Below are positions 55,201 through 64,000 of a DNA stretch of 64,000 bases, piece after piece (the first letter of the stretch is position 1; the number at the start of each line of letters is the position of its first letter). The DNA is from Vicugna vicugna (Eukaryota). The position numbers and the translations under genes were made by a program. The stretch is from NCBI GenBank assembly GCA_013265495.1, contig MU058226.1, forward strand, positions 146,741-210,740. The letters are read 5' to 3'. The notes under the pieces are model-generated. The model ran no database searches. It was not told where the DNA came from and saw only the letters and a list, made by a program, of their open reading frames with translations.

Positions 55201-57322
55201 AGGGAAGTGACCTCAGATAAGTTTTAGGTGAGTCCCACTAAAGTGGACTCTTAAAGTGGAGGGTAGATAGACTAGGCCTCATGACTAATTCCTGTCCTGT
55301 AGGGTCGGACTCGTTCCCTGAACGCCGGGCCCCGCGGAAGGGGAATACTCTCTATGTGTATGGAGAAGACATGACGCCCACCCTCCTCCGTGGGGCCTTC
55401 TCTCCCTTTGGAAACATCATTGACCTCTCCATGGACCCACCCAGAAAGTAAGGATGACCATGAGGAAAGATGATAAGTCCTAGGAGGACCCAGGGTGTGA
55501 GCCCTAGGGGAGGAAGCTCGCCTGTCTCCACAGCCTGTAACACTGGGTTTGGTGGGGTCCTGAAGAGCCCATAGGCCCTCTACTGACCCTGTGTTTTCTC
55601 ATCCCAGCTGTGCCTTCGTCACTTATGAAAAGATGGAGTCAGCAGATCAGGCCGTTGCTGAGGTTGGGACTTCCCAGATCTGTTCTTCCCATCCCTCCTG
55701 CCATCCTCCTATTTTCCTTCTAAAATGCTGGGATCCAGGAGGAAATCATTTCCTCTTGACAAAAAGTCCCTCCCTGTTCACACAGGAAACTTTATACCCT
55801 CAGATCCCTACTCAATCTACTTCTAGGGTGGCAGCGCCTAGAAATCCTCCTTTGATTTGTCTGTAATGTTCCCCTGCCATCCTCTGCCCCCTCCCCTCTT
55901 CTGCCCCAGCTCAACGGGACCCAGGTGGAATCCGTACAGCTCAAAGTCAGCATTGCCCGAAAACAGCCCATGCTGGATGCTGCCACTGGCAAGTCTGTCT
56001 GGGGCTCCCTGGGTAAGAACAGGATTCTTCCTCCCTTATCCTGTCCCTCACTAGGTCACCCCTTTTTTTTTGTTCCCCTGCATGTTTCTGGGTTCCCTAG
56101 AGGGGGCAGAGGTCTGGATTTGTGTGGCGGCTGCAGGAATGAGGAGAATTGTCTGGCCCCCTGTCAGTTAGAGGCAGGAGAAGGAGAGAAAAGGATTGAA
56201 GATAATTTCTAAGGCAGTACCAGCACAGGGAAAAAGAGGGGAGTGAGTCAGCTTGGTGAGGAAAATGAGCATCTCATGTGGCGTGTTCATTTTGAGATGG
56301 AGTATAGCTGGTTTTGTAAAATAAGCCTTTGACGTTAGGGGTCTGGAACTCAGGTGTGAGGTGAGAAATGAAAACACAGATCAGAGTCCTCTGTATCACA
56401 GGGTAGCTGCAAAGTGGTAGTATCAGCGGGGGAGACTGAATTTGGAGAAAAAAATGACCCAGGACTGGGCTTGAGGAGTATTCGGAGACTATGTTAGGGA
56501 GCAGGGCTGTCCTCCTCACTCCCTACACATCCCCAGCCTCCCGACATGTCAGGCGGAAGTCGAGGATGCAGCAAAGGAGACAGAAGGAGAGGTCACGGTG
56601 CTGAGAGCAGCACCGTCGAGGGTTGTTGAAGCCTAAGGGTACAAGCTTTGAGAAGGAGGAAGTGATCAGCAGTGTCAAGATACACAGCTCCAGGAGAACG
56701 GGGCTTGGTGTGAGGGGTTCACTCTAGCTCCAGAGATAGCGTGGAGGGGCACGGTGTGGGGAGGAAAGGGGAAGGGGAGAGGCAGCTCGAGGGAGAATTC
56801 TTGCGGCCAGAGCTACACCTGGAGTGAGTTCTCCTAATGGGACAAATAACTCATTTTACCTGAAATGGATTTTCGTGCAAAGGGGTGGGTTCAGAGTGGG
56901 AGTGGCACTCTATATAAGAGGAAGGAGCCAGAAATGATCTGCATGTTAACAAAGGGCTATAAAGGTTTTCTAATTTTTAATTTTTGGTGTACTAACTGAA
57001 AGTAGTAGGTTAACATCATTCACGTGTCTCAACAGTAACATTTGAGGTTTCTTACCTAAGTGGTGTAAAGCTAGAAAGGCCATCCAGCCACCAGAGGGCA
57101 GCATGGAGGCTGGGCCGCCAAGGGCCAGAGAGAGGGCAGAGGTGTTGAGGTGGTCAGACTCTGGGCCTCAGGTCTCCTCAGTGCTCTCCTTCGGACCTTA
57201 ACAAATCCTTTCCTCCCTCCCTAGCTGTCCAGAATAGCCCTAAGGGTTGCCACCGGGACAAGAGGACCCAGATTGTCTACAGTGATGACGTCTATAAGGA
57301 AAACCTTGTGGACGGCTTCTAG
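52087..57322 (+). CDS. NELFE: Negative elongation factor E (RD/RDBP); the first coding exon is inferred to lie in the N gap
   Basis: Visible exons: 53609-53678, 53777-53922, 54420-54494, 54618-54655, 54850-55181, 55303-55447, 55608-55662, 55910-56012, 57225-57322 (TAG). KKALLALKKQSSSS, Arg-Asp repeat, RRM (KGNTLYVYG..CAFVTYEKMESADQA), C-terminal QIVYSDDVYKENLVDGF*. Confidence 0.96.
52480..53280 (+). mobile_element. L2 fragments in NELFE intron 2
   Basis: Pyrimidine-rich L2-type text ending ttagactgaaagcttcttgaggggaaa. By-eye call. Confidence 0.5.
53679..53776 (+). ncRNA. Mirtron-like intron, positional orthologue of human MIR1236 (NELFE intron 3)
   Basis: 98-nt intron GTGAGTGACAGGGGCTGGGGC...TGGCCAACATAATGCCTCTTTCCCTCACCACTCCAG. 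The G-rich 5' end can pair with the pyrimidine-rich 3' end. It resembles the human miR-1236 hairpin as I recall it. Expression not shown. Confidence 0.45.
55013..55168 (+). repeat. Coding Arg-Asp dipeptide repeat of NELFE (degenerate hexamer CGRGAC)
   Basis: RD RS RE RN RD RD RE, then 19 uninterrupted RD (55049-55162), then RE. Confidence 0.95.
56330..56800 (-). mobile_element. L2-like fragment in NELFE intron 10
   Basis: Purine-rich, with aggaagtgatcagcagtgtcaaga. By-eye call. Confidence 0.4.
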
Positions 57323-57370
57323 GGAATGAAGCTGGATTCCGTGTGCCTCATCTGCCCCAACGCTGGTCTC

Positions 57371-57376
57371 AGTAAA
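57371..57376 (+). terminator. Probable NELFE poly(A) signal (variant AGTAAA)
   Basis: The only PAS-like hexamer I see in the roughly 230 nt between the NELFE stop and the CFB 3' end. Confidence 0.55.
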
Positions 57377-57554
57377 ACACTGAGGTGGAAGCTTACAGAT
57401 CTCCCTCAGCCTCTGGTTTTTCAGCACTTGGGACTGGGGTCAAGCCTTTAAAAACAGCCGTTAGTTTTGATCTCAGTTGTAACAACATGGCCAGTGCACG
57501 TTCCCCATTCCTTTACCCCAAAAGGACCTTGAACACAGGTGTTGTCGCAGCTGT

Positions 57555-57560
57555 TTTAAT
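57555..57560 (-). terminator. CFB poly(A) signal (ATTAAA)
   Basis: tttaat on the plus strand, about 35 nt past the CFB TAA. Confidence 0.75.
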
Positions 57561-57593
57561 TTGATCTCATGCCCCTTTCCAGCAGGAAACCCT

Positions 57594-60500
57594 TTATAGA
57601 AAACCGAGGTCTTCATCTTTGAGTTTCTCCTTGAGCCAGGGCAGCACTTGGAAGAGGTTGATGTAGAAGTCTCGGGCGTGAGCAGGTGGCTGCTTCTGCC
57701 CCTTGCAGACATCCACGACGCCCCAGCTGATCACACCCACCTGGAGAGGGCGAGGGGATACCACCGGTCACTGGGCGGAATTCCTTCCTAATCCCAGGAA
57801 GCAGCTGTTTGCATTTGAGCTGACGTGGGAGGACTAGACCAGGGGCCCAGCTCAGTCTTATCCTCCAGCACACAGACCAGACACACAGCCCTAAGTTGGC
57901 CAGTTGAAGGAAGAGTCCTAAGGCAGGGCAAGCTCCACCCTCCGCTTTCCAGCCACATGCATTGAGCTTTCCTGCTGTGGGACACAACACTGACCACCTG
58001 GCATCTCCCCACAGTTAGGAAAGGGGAAACTCACTTGAATGAAGCGACTCTTCTTGTGAATAATCAGAGGGCCACCAGAATCACCTGTGGGGAGGAAGAG
58101 CTGTAGGGGAAGACTCTTGGGCCCCAGGAACTTACAGCACAACCAAAGAGCCTTCTCTCACCTTTGCAAGTGTTGGGGTCAGCGTAGGGAGCCACCCCTC
58201 CAGTGCAAAGGAACCTGGGGGTGACCACCTCAGAGACGTCTTTGACTTTGTCATAGCCTGGGGCACGCAGAGCATCTCTCTCACAGGCGGTTTTCTGTAG
58301 GTGGGGTAGGAAGCACAGAGGAGGAAGAGGTGAAGAACAGAGCTTGCTTAGGAAGAATTGGGGCCTAAAGGACCCCTTCAGGATCCCACGTTCCTCACCT
58401 TTTCCCCATTCTTGATGTAGACCTCCTTCCGTATCAGTTTCTTTTCTTTGGGCAACTCAGACACAAACAGAGCTTTGATATCCTTTGCAGGGAGCAGCTC
58501 TTCCCCTAGACAAGTGGACAGACTGGGTCATTTTGGCACCCTTCCACCCCCCCACCATCTATCCATTTCTTTGTCACTCAGCCAATGTCCCTCAGCCCCT
58601 TCGTGTGAGCTGGAGCCTGGGCTGGGCATCACCTACAGCTCCCCCTCATGCCTCATTTGCCTCTTGGAATCTCACCCTTTTGCTCCTCTCCCAGAATATG
58701 TCTTACTCTGTTGCTGGCAAGTGGTTAGCCTTGGAAGCCTCAAGGCTTGATTGGATCCCTCAGTGCAAGGGAGACAAATGGGCCTGTTAAGGAGAGACAG
58801 GGACACTCAGGGATGGTGAACTCTGGACCTGCCCCAGTCTCCCAGCCCTCCCTCTCCCGGCCTTTTCTCCTCAGGGATCCAGCTGGCTCACCTGGTGGTC
58901 TGATCATATGTCAGCTTCTTCCTGAGTTTGATCAGGGCCACATCATAGTCATAAAATTCAGGAATTCCTTCTGCTTTTTTCGCATTGAGGTCATAGTTTG
59001 GGTGAAATATGACTTCCTCTATCTGCAGGGCCTGATTCTTCCCTCCTGAAGTAGGAAAGTGGGTACTTGTAGACCACTCACTTTTGGGAGAAGCCTCCTG
59101 CCTCGAGCCCCATGTCATCCCTAATTTCAGTCTTCCCCATCCCTAACTGGTCCAGCATGCAAGGGAGGGAGCTACACTGAGGACCAGTGGAGTGTGGGCT
59201 CAAGAAGTGGCAGGTCCTGCCCAGAGGGCACGGCTGAAGTTCAGGACTGACAGGTTGCCTCCTTACCCACGCTGACCTTGATTGAGTGAGCCTCATCCTC
59301 CACCGTGAAACAGTGTGCGGCTGTCAGCACAAAGTACTCAGATACCACAGCACCCATACAGTTCTCATGTCCCCTCGAGGGGCGCTAGGAACAGAGCAGC
59401 AGAGGGGGGAAGCTCGCCTTTCACAAACACCACAACCTAATGTGAACAGACTGCTCTTCCCCCACCTTCATTTCACCCTGACCTCACCTCCCATGAGTCC
59501 CCACCAGCACTTACAGTGACTGAAATCTTGGCGTGCCATGGTTGCTTGTGGTAGTCAGTACCTCCCTTGTGCTCCCAAACCATGCCACAGAGGCCCAGAG
59601 TCCGGCTTTCATCTGGCAAGAAAGGAGAATGTGCTGAAAGCTGGCCCTTCACTTCCAAATGGCAGCGGTCTTTTGGGGAGGGACATGTATGTGTCTGGGG
59701 AGCAGAGGCCCATAGGAGGAAGGGAGGGGCAGGGGCACTTGCTTCTTTATGCTGAGAGTAAGAAACCACTGTGGTATCGTGAAGAGAACGTGGGACTCGG
59801 ATTAGAGACCCAGCGACTTTCAGGCCCAACTCTTGCTAGCCTGCTGTTCCTGGATCTCTCCAGGCCTTAATTTCCACATCTGTAAAACAAGGGACTCTAG
59901 AAAGCTCTCCGACTTCAATCAGAGCCCTGTGAGTCTAAAATCAGAGAATGGACAGTGCCAGGAGGCAAGAATAGTGACACCGAGGTAGAGAAGAAAGAAT
60001 GAGAAAGGACTTGCAGGCTGCCAGGGCTTTGGGAGGAGTGGGCGAATGAGTGACCTTGGGAGGCCTGGAGAGGACTGAGTTTCCTGACCATCTTCTACCC
60101 TTCCGGTATCTGCCTACCAAGCATTTGAATGAAAACATTCTCCAGGTCCTCCATGTCCTTGACTTTGAACACGTGTTGCTCTTTATCCTTCTTGGAAGCC
60201 AAAGCATTGATGTTCTCTTGGTTCACCAGAGGCCCAACCCCGAACACATAGATGTCTGAGGGAGAAAAAGGGAGAGTGAGGGTCAAGGCCCTAAGTGGGC
60301 AGGAGCTGAGAAAGTGGGGTGCTGGGTCCTGGGCACTGAAACGCACCCAGATAATCCTCCCTTGGGTTCTTGCGACTTCTACCAATGTCCAGCAAGTCCC
60401 GGATATCATGAATGGCAGAGACTGGATCCCCGCCCATGTTGTGCAAGCCTGCAGGAGAGACAGGGCCATGAAGGTAGGAGACAAGGAGGGGAGAGGGTCA

Positions 60501-63466
60501 AGGAAGAGAAACTGGCTAGAAGGAGTGACACCTATGGCTGAGTGAGCAGATTGGGGAGGTGATGGAAGTGACAGATCATAGCTTTAAAGAAAAGGGTCCC
60601 TCCTTATAAAGGTTCCCAGGAGAGATGGACAAATTCAGTGCCCTGAGCAGCAGTCAGGGCCCCAGCCATGAGTCCAGTGTTACATGTGGACTTAAGGGCC
60701 ATACGCTGGTGTGAGAGGGTGGGGAGTCGGGCAGGAGAAAGGCCCCTCTGACCATCAGTCATGAGGATGATGACATGGCGGGTGCGGTTCCAGGTTTCAG
60801 GTAAGGTGTTCACTTCCCTGCTCATCATGTTGTATATTTCCAGGAGGGCCTTCTTGGTGTTTGTCCCTGCCTTCAGCTTGTGATCTGTGGAAAGGGAAGA
60901 AATCATCACCTCGCCTGGTCTTCCAAGCCATCCGTGTCCCCAGAGGCCTACCAGTAACCCACGTTTTTGAACTTTCTGAGTTGTCACCCCCACTGACTTC
61001 CCTTTGATGACAAAGTGACCCTCTCAGTTCCAACAGACTCCCCAGTGACCCTGCTGTCCAACTAGAAAAAGTAGTCTTCCCTGCCCCACCATATGGTCTC
61101 ACTCCTCACTCCCCACAACACCCCTGAAACTTGTGATCTCTCTGACCCTAAAGTGAACTTCCCACCATTCCCTTCCTTGACCTCTGACCTTCGTAGTTGA
61201 TCTGGTTGACCTTCTCTGTGACCCAGTCTGCATCACTGCTCGTTGCGTCAGACACTTTGATCAAAACTTTGGGATATGTGGCATATGTCACTAGACCATA
61301 TTTTGGCTTCACCCCATAACTTGCCACCTGTGGGTGAGGGAAGCAAGTGGGAGAATTCAGTAGCTTTGCTAGGATAGGCAGGGAAGGCCAGAGTAAGAGA
61401 TTCAAGGACTGATTCGTCACCTGGGGTTCTTGGAGGAGTCTGGGTTAAAGGTCAAGAAACTGCTTCAAGTAAAAGTGAAGGAGGACAGAACAGGACCTGG
61501 AGATTTTCTGGGACCCTGTGGCTCAGAGCGGCTGGGAGCTCCAAGGGCTAATCCCAGCAGGGCAGCCAGATCCATTCAGGGTCCCCACGTTCAAGGGGAG
61601 GGGATTTCACCTTCTCAATGAAGTCTCTAAGACAGTTCTTGGCTCCTGTGAAGTTGTGGGCCCCAATGCTGTCTGATGCATCCAGCACCAGGTAGATGTT
61701 CATGGAGCCCGAGGGGTCCAGGACAATCCTCCTCTTCTGTTGTTCCCCTGGGTGCCACCAGAGAGACTCATGGTTCTCCTGCCCCTTCTCCATCCTCCAA
61801 CCCCACCCCCACCTCGCTTCCCATCTCTGCCTTCACACCTGGAATGTGTCCATCCTCAGCATCAACTCCTTCTATGGTCTCTGTCAGGGAGGATAGGAAG
61901 GCTTCGGCCACCTCTCCAGGGGTGTCATACATAAAGGAGTCTGAGAGAGGTCAGAAATCAGGTCAAATGTCTGGGAGGTCAGGGACACAGTGACCAGAGA
62001 GACAGGGTATGGTGGATTTCTGGGGTGGAAAGGGCTCAGAAGTGAGAGAGTCCTAAAGGGGTGTTTAAGAGTGAGGAAGGAGCTGGCTTGCAGTAGGGAG
62101 AAGGCAGTGCCCTCGTGTGGGGATGTGAGGATGATGAGCAAGATCTGACCTGACTGTACAGCTCAAGAGTCACCTTGGCAGGAAGGCTCCGTTCCACTCC
62201 AAGAGCCACCCTCCTGGCATTTGCGCTGCTGGGAGCCCCGTAGGGTGAGCCCCCGGTTGCAGTAGTAGGTGACAGTGTCTTCAAGGCGGTACTGGCTGCC
62301 CACCTTCCTTGTGCCAATAGGGATGCCCGGGTTCGGGCAGTACCCCGCTGTGGAAGCATGAGATGCGGAGGTGAAGGCCAAAGCCGGAGGCCCGGAGAGC
62401 AAGGTGGAGCACAAGAGCTCTGGTGCCAGTTCCTCAGGCTGAGGTGGTCAGGGCGAGGGTGCCGTCATGGAGAGAGGGGAAGTTTCTCACCTCCATCATC
62501 ACAGATGGCCGTTTGCCCGTCCCACCGACCATTCTCTTGGCAGGTGCGATTGGCAGAGCCCCGGAGAGTGTAACCATCGTAGCAGCGGAAAGTGATCTGT
62601 TCACTCAAATTGTAGTAGGCAGCCCTGGGCCAGTACTCCCCGTTCTCAAAGTCCTGTGGTCTGGGGCAGCGAATTGCTTTGGGGGAGGGGAACAAGTAGA
62701 AGTGACCGAGAGGGAAGGGCTGCCCTTTAGGACATCCCTCCTGGTCTCGGGGACCCTGTCACTGAGAAACAGTGTCTTCTCGATCCCACAGGATCAGCTA
62801 CTAGCCTCAACCCATGAGGAGTCCAGCCACTCACCCTCCCCATTTCTGAATGTTCTTTCAGCTGCCAGGGCTGCCTGACACAGTCAATGCTTAGTAAAGT
62901 TTAGCCCCCTTGCTGCTCCCTCCATCCCACTGCCAACCCTTGCTCGGCTCCCACCCCTGTTCAGCCCGCCTGGTCAGACTGCCTCGTCTCAACACAACTC
63001 TAATCTTGTCCAAGTCTGGGTCGTGGCCACCACCTGCTCTGTCCCTCTGCTGGCCCATGCCTCCCTTCGCTGCCCTCCAACCTTTGCATTCGGCCCTCTT
63101 GACAATCTTTCTGTCTTGAGTCTTCAGGGTGCTCCAGGACCCTGTGGATCTGCAGGTGCGAATCTGCGCAGGGTACGGGTAGAAGCCAGAAGGGCACACG
63201 TACTCCAGTGCCTGCCCCTCCTTGAGCAGCCGAAAGGAGCCACCTTTGATCTCTACTCCCTCCAGAGAGCAGGTGCTCTGGGGCCCAGCCTCAGGCAATG
63301 GCGTCATGCTCGCACCTAAAGAGGAAGGCCCGTGAAGCCCAGGCTCACAAGGCCAAGGAGGGATCCTGGGGGCAGCAGGAGGGAGCCTGTGAGGGCACTT
63401 ACCTCCAGACAAGAGGGCCAGGATCAAGGGGGCTAGGCAGGGTCGGCAGCTGCGACTGCTCCCCAT
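57594..63466 (-). CDS. CFB: Complement factor B, 18 exons, 763 aa
   Basis: Exons (minus): 63466-63403, 63315-63082, 62676-62491, 62347-62174, 61940-61839, 61747-61611, 61327-61189, 60884-60753, 60448-60347, 60255-60118, 59612-59515, 59384-59267, 59045-58892, 58783-58707, 58505-58399, 58294-58162, 58084-58035, 57740-57594; 2292 nt. Three CCP modules, factor D site QQKR|RIVL, vWA MIDAS DASDS, serine protease triad TAAHC / DYDVAL / GDSGG. Confidence 0.98.
59800..59900 (+). mobile_element. MIR fragment in CFB intron 10
   Basis: ggccttaatttccacatctgtaaaacaaggg. Confidence 0.5.
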
Positions 63467-63616
63467 GGCTTTGGAAGACAGGGAGAAGCTGGGGCTGCGG
63501 GCAGGACGGCCTGTCTCAGCTTCTGCTATGTGTCTGCTTGGCGGGCTTTTCCAAGCTGAAGCTCCAGACCTGGGCTGTGTCACGCGCCCTTCCCCTGCCC
63601 CCCACAACCTCCAGCC

Positions 63617-63737
63617 TTTTATGCAACCTGTGTTCTGGCGCCTGCTGTTCGCCCCACCCACCCTACCCACATCACTTTCCGGAATGTCCGAGCGGGAGGG
63701 CCCCCCTCTGAGCTGCCAGTCAAGGAAACAGAAACTG
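63617..63737 (-). promoter_or_regulatory. CFB promoter: TATA-like CATAAAA, GAS (TTCCGGAA) and ISRE (GGAAACAGAAACTG)
   Basis: Motifs at 63617-63623, 63677-63684 and 63724-63737. This is consistent with the known interferon-inducible CFB promoter. Confidence 0.75.
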
Positions 63738-64000
63738 CAAAATCCCACCTTTGGCTGCCCAGGATCCAGGATTCTTCCTGTCAACACCTCCTCTCAGCCT
63801 TCGTTCCTTCCCAACAAGCCCCCTACCCCTTAGGCACCAGACACAAGGCCCTCACTGGTTCCCCTGTTGACTCTGTTAGGGAGCAGAGTCCAGCCATTGT
63901 TTGTCCAGAAGGGTCTCTGACCTGCCTTCTTGCAGTTCCTGGAATCATTCTGGCTTTTCTCTCCCCACAGGACCCAGGTAGAGGCACAGATAGATGAGGA

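Noticed and set aside
56911-56918. Perfect TATATAAG in NELFE intron 10
   Set aside because: An isolated motif with no downstream ORF, splice donor or CpG context.
63467-63787. 107-codon in-frame extension upstream of the CFB ATG (ORF 62891-63787)
   Set aside because: It begins at GTG, runs through the promoter (ISRE, GAS, TATA-like) upstream of the expected TSS, and would bury the signal peptide.
63800-64000. Expected 3' end of complement C2 upstream of CFB
   Set aside because: No C2 coding sequence or poly(A) signal is visible. It probably lies just beyond the window, so it is not called.

Overview
Mammalian genomic DNA from the MHC class III region. It is non-primate and non-rodent; the proteins look laurasiatherian, with CYP21 very close to the bovine sequence as I recall it. 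Gene order: 3' part of TNXB (+, last 19 exons), CYP21A2 (-, 10 exons, 3' UTR overlapping the last TNXB exon), one intact complement C4 gene (-, 41 exons, 1743 aa), STK19/WHR1 (-), DXO (+), SKIV2L/SKIC2 (-, 28 exons), NELFE (+, start exon lost in a 132-N gap) and CFB (-, 18 exons). This is a single RCCX module: no CYP21A1P, TNXA or STK19B copy and no ERV in C4 intron 9. It is followed by the STK19-DXO-SKIV2L-NELFE cluster and factor B. I traced every exon by hand between GT/AG sites and all reading frames close without internal stops. I could recognise only ancient repeats (MIR, L2, L1M, MER5, MER94). I did not find a wholly new biological system; the architecture is well known. The best leads are fine-scale: (1) two 99%-identical TNXB fibronectin-III exons with unrelated flanking introns and a 27-nt duplication at the tract edge; (2) apparent start-codon turnover for the short TNXB-S isoform; (3) a frameshifted orthologue of the human long-isoform STK19 ATG, with an upstream ATG inside a palindromic CRE; (4) a consensus cryptic 5' splice site inside C4 exon 28; (5) a MIR1236-like mirtron intron in NELFE; (6) SF-1/CRE-like motifs in C4 intron 35 at the position of the known CYP21 enhancer. 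Comparisons with human or bovine sequences are from memory and need alignment. Repeat family names are by-eye calls.
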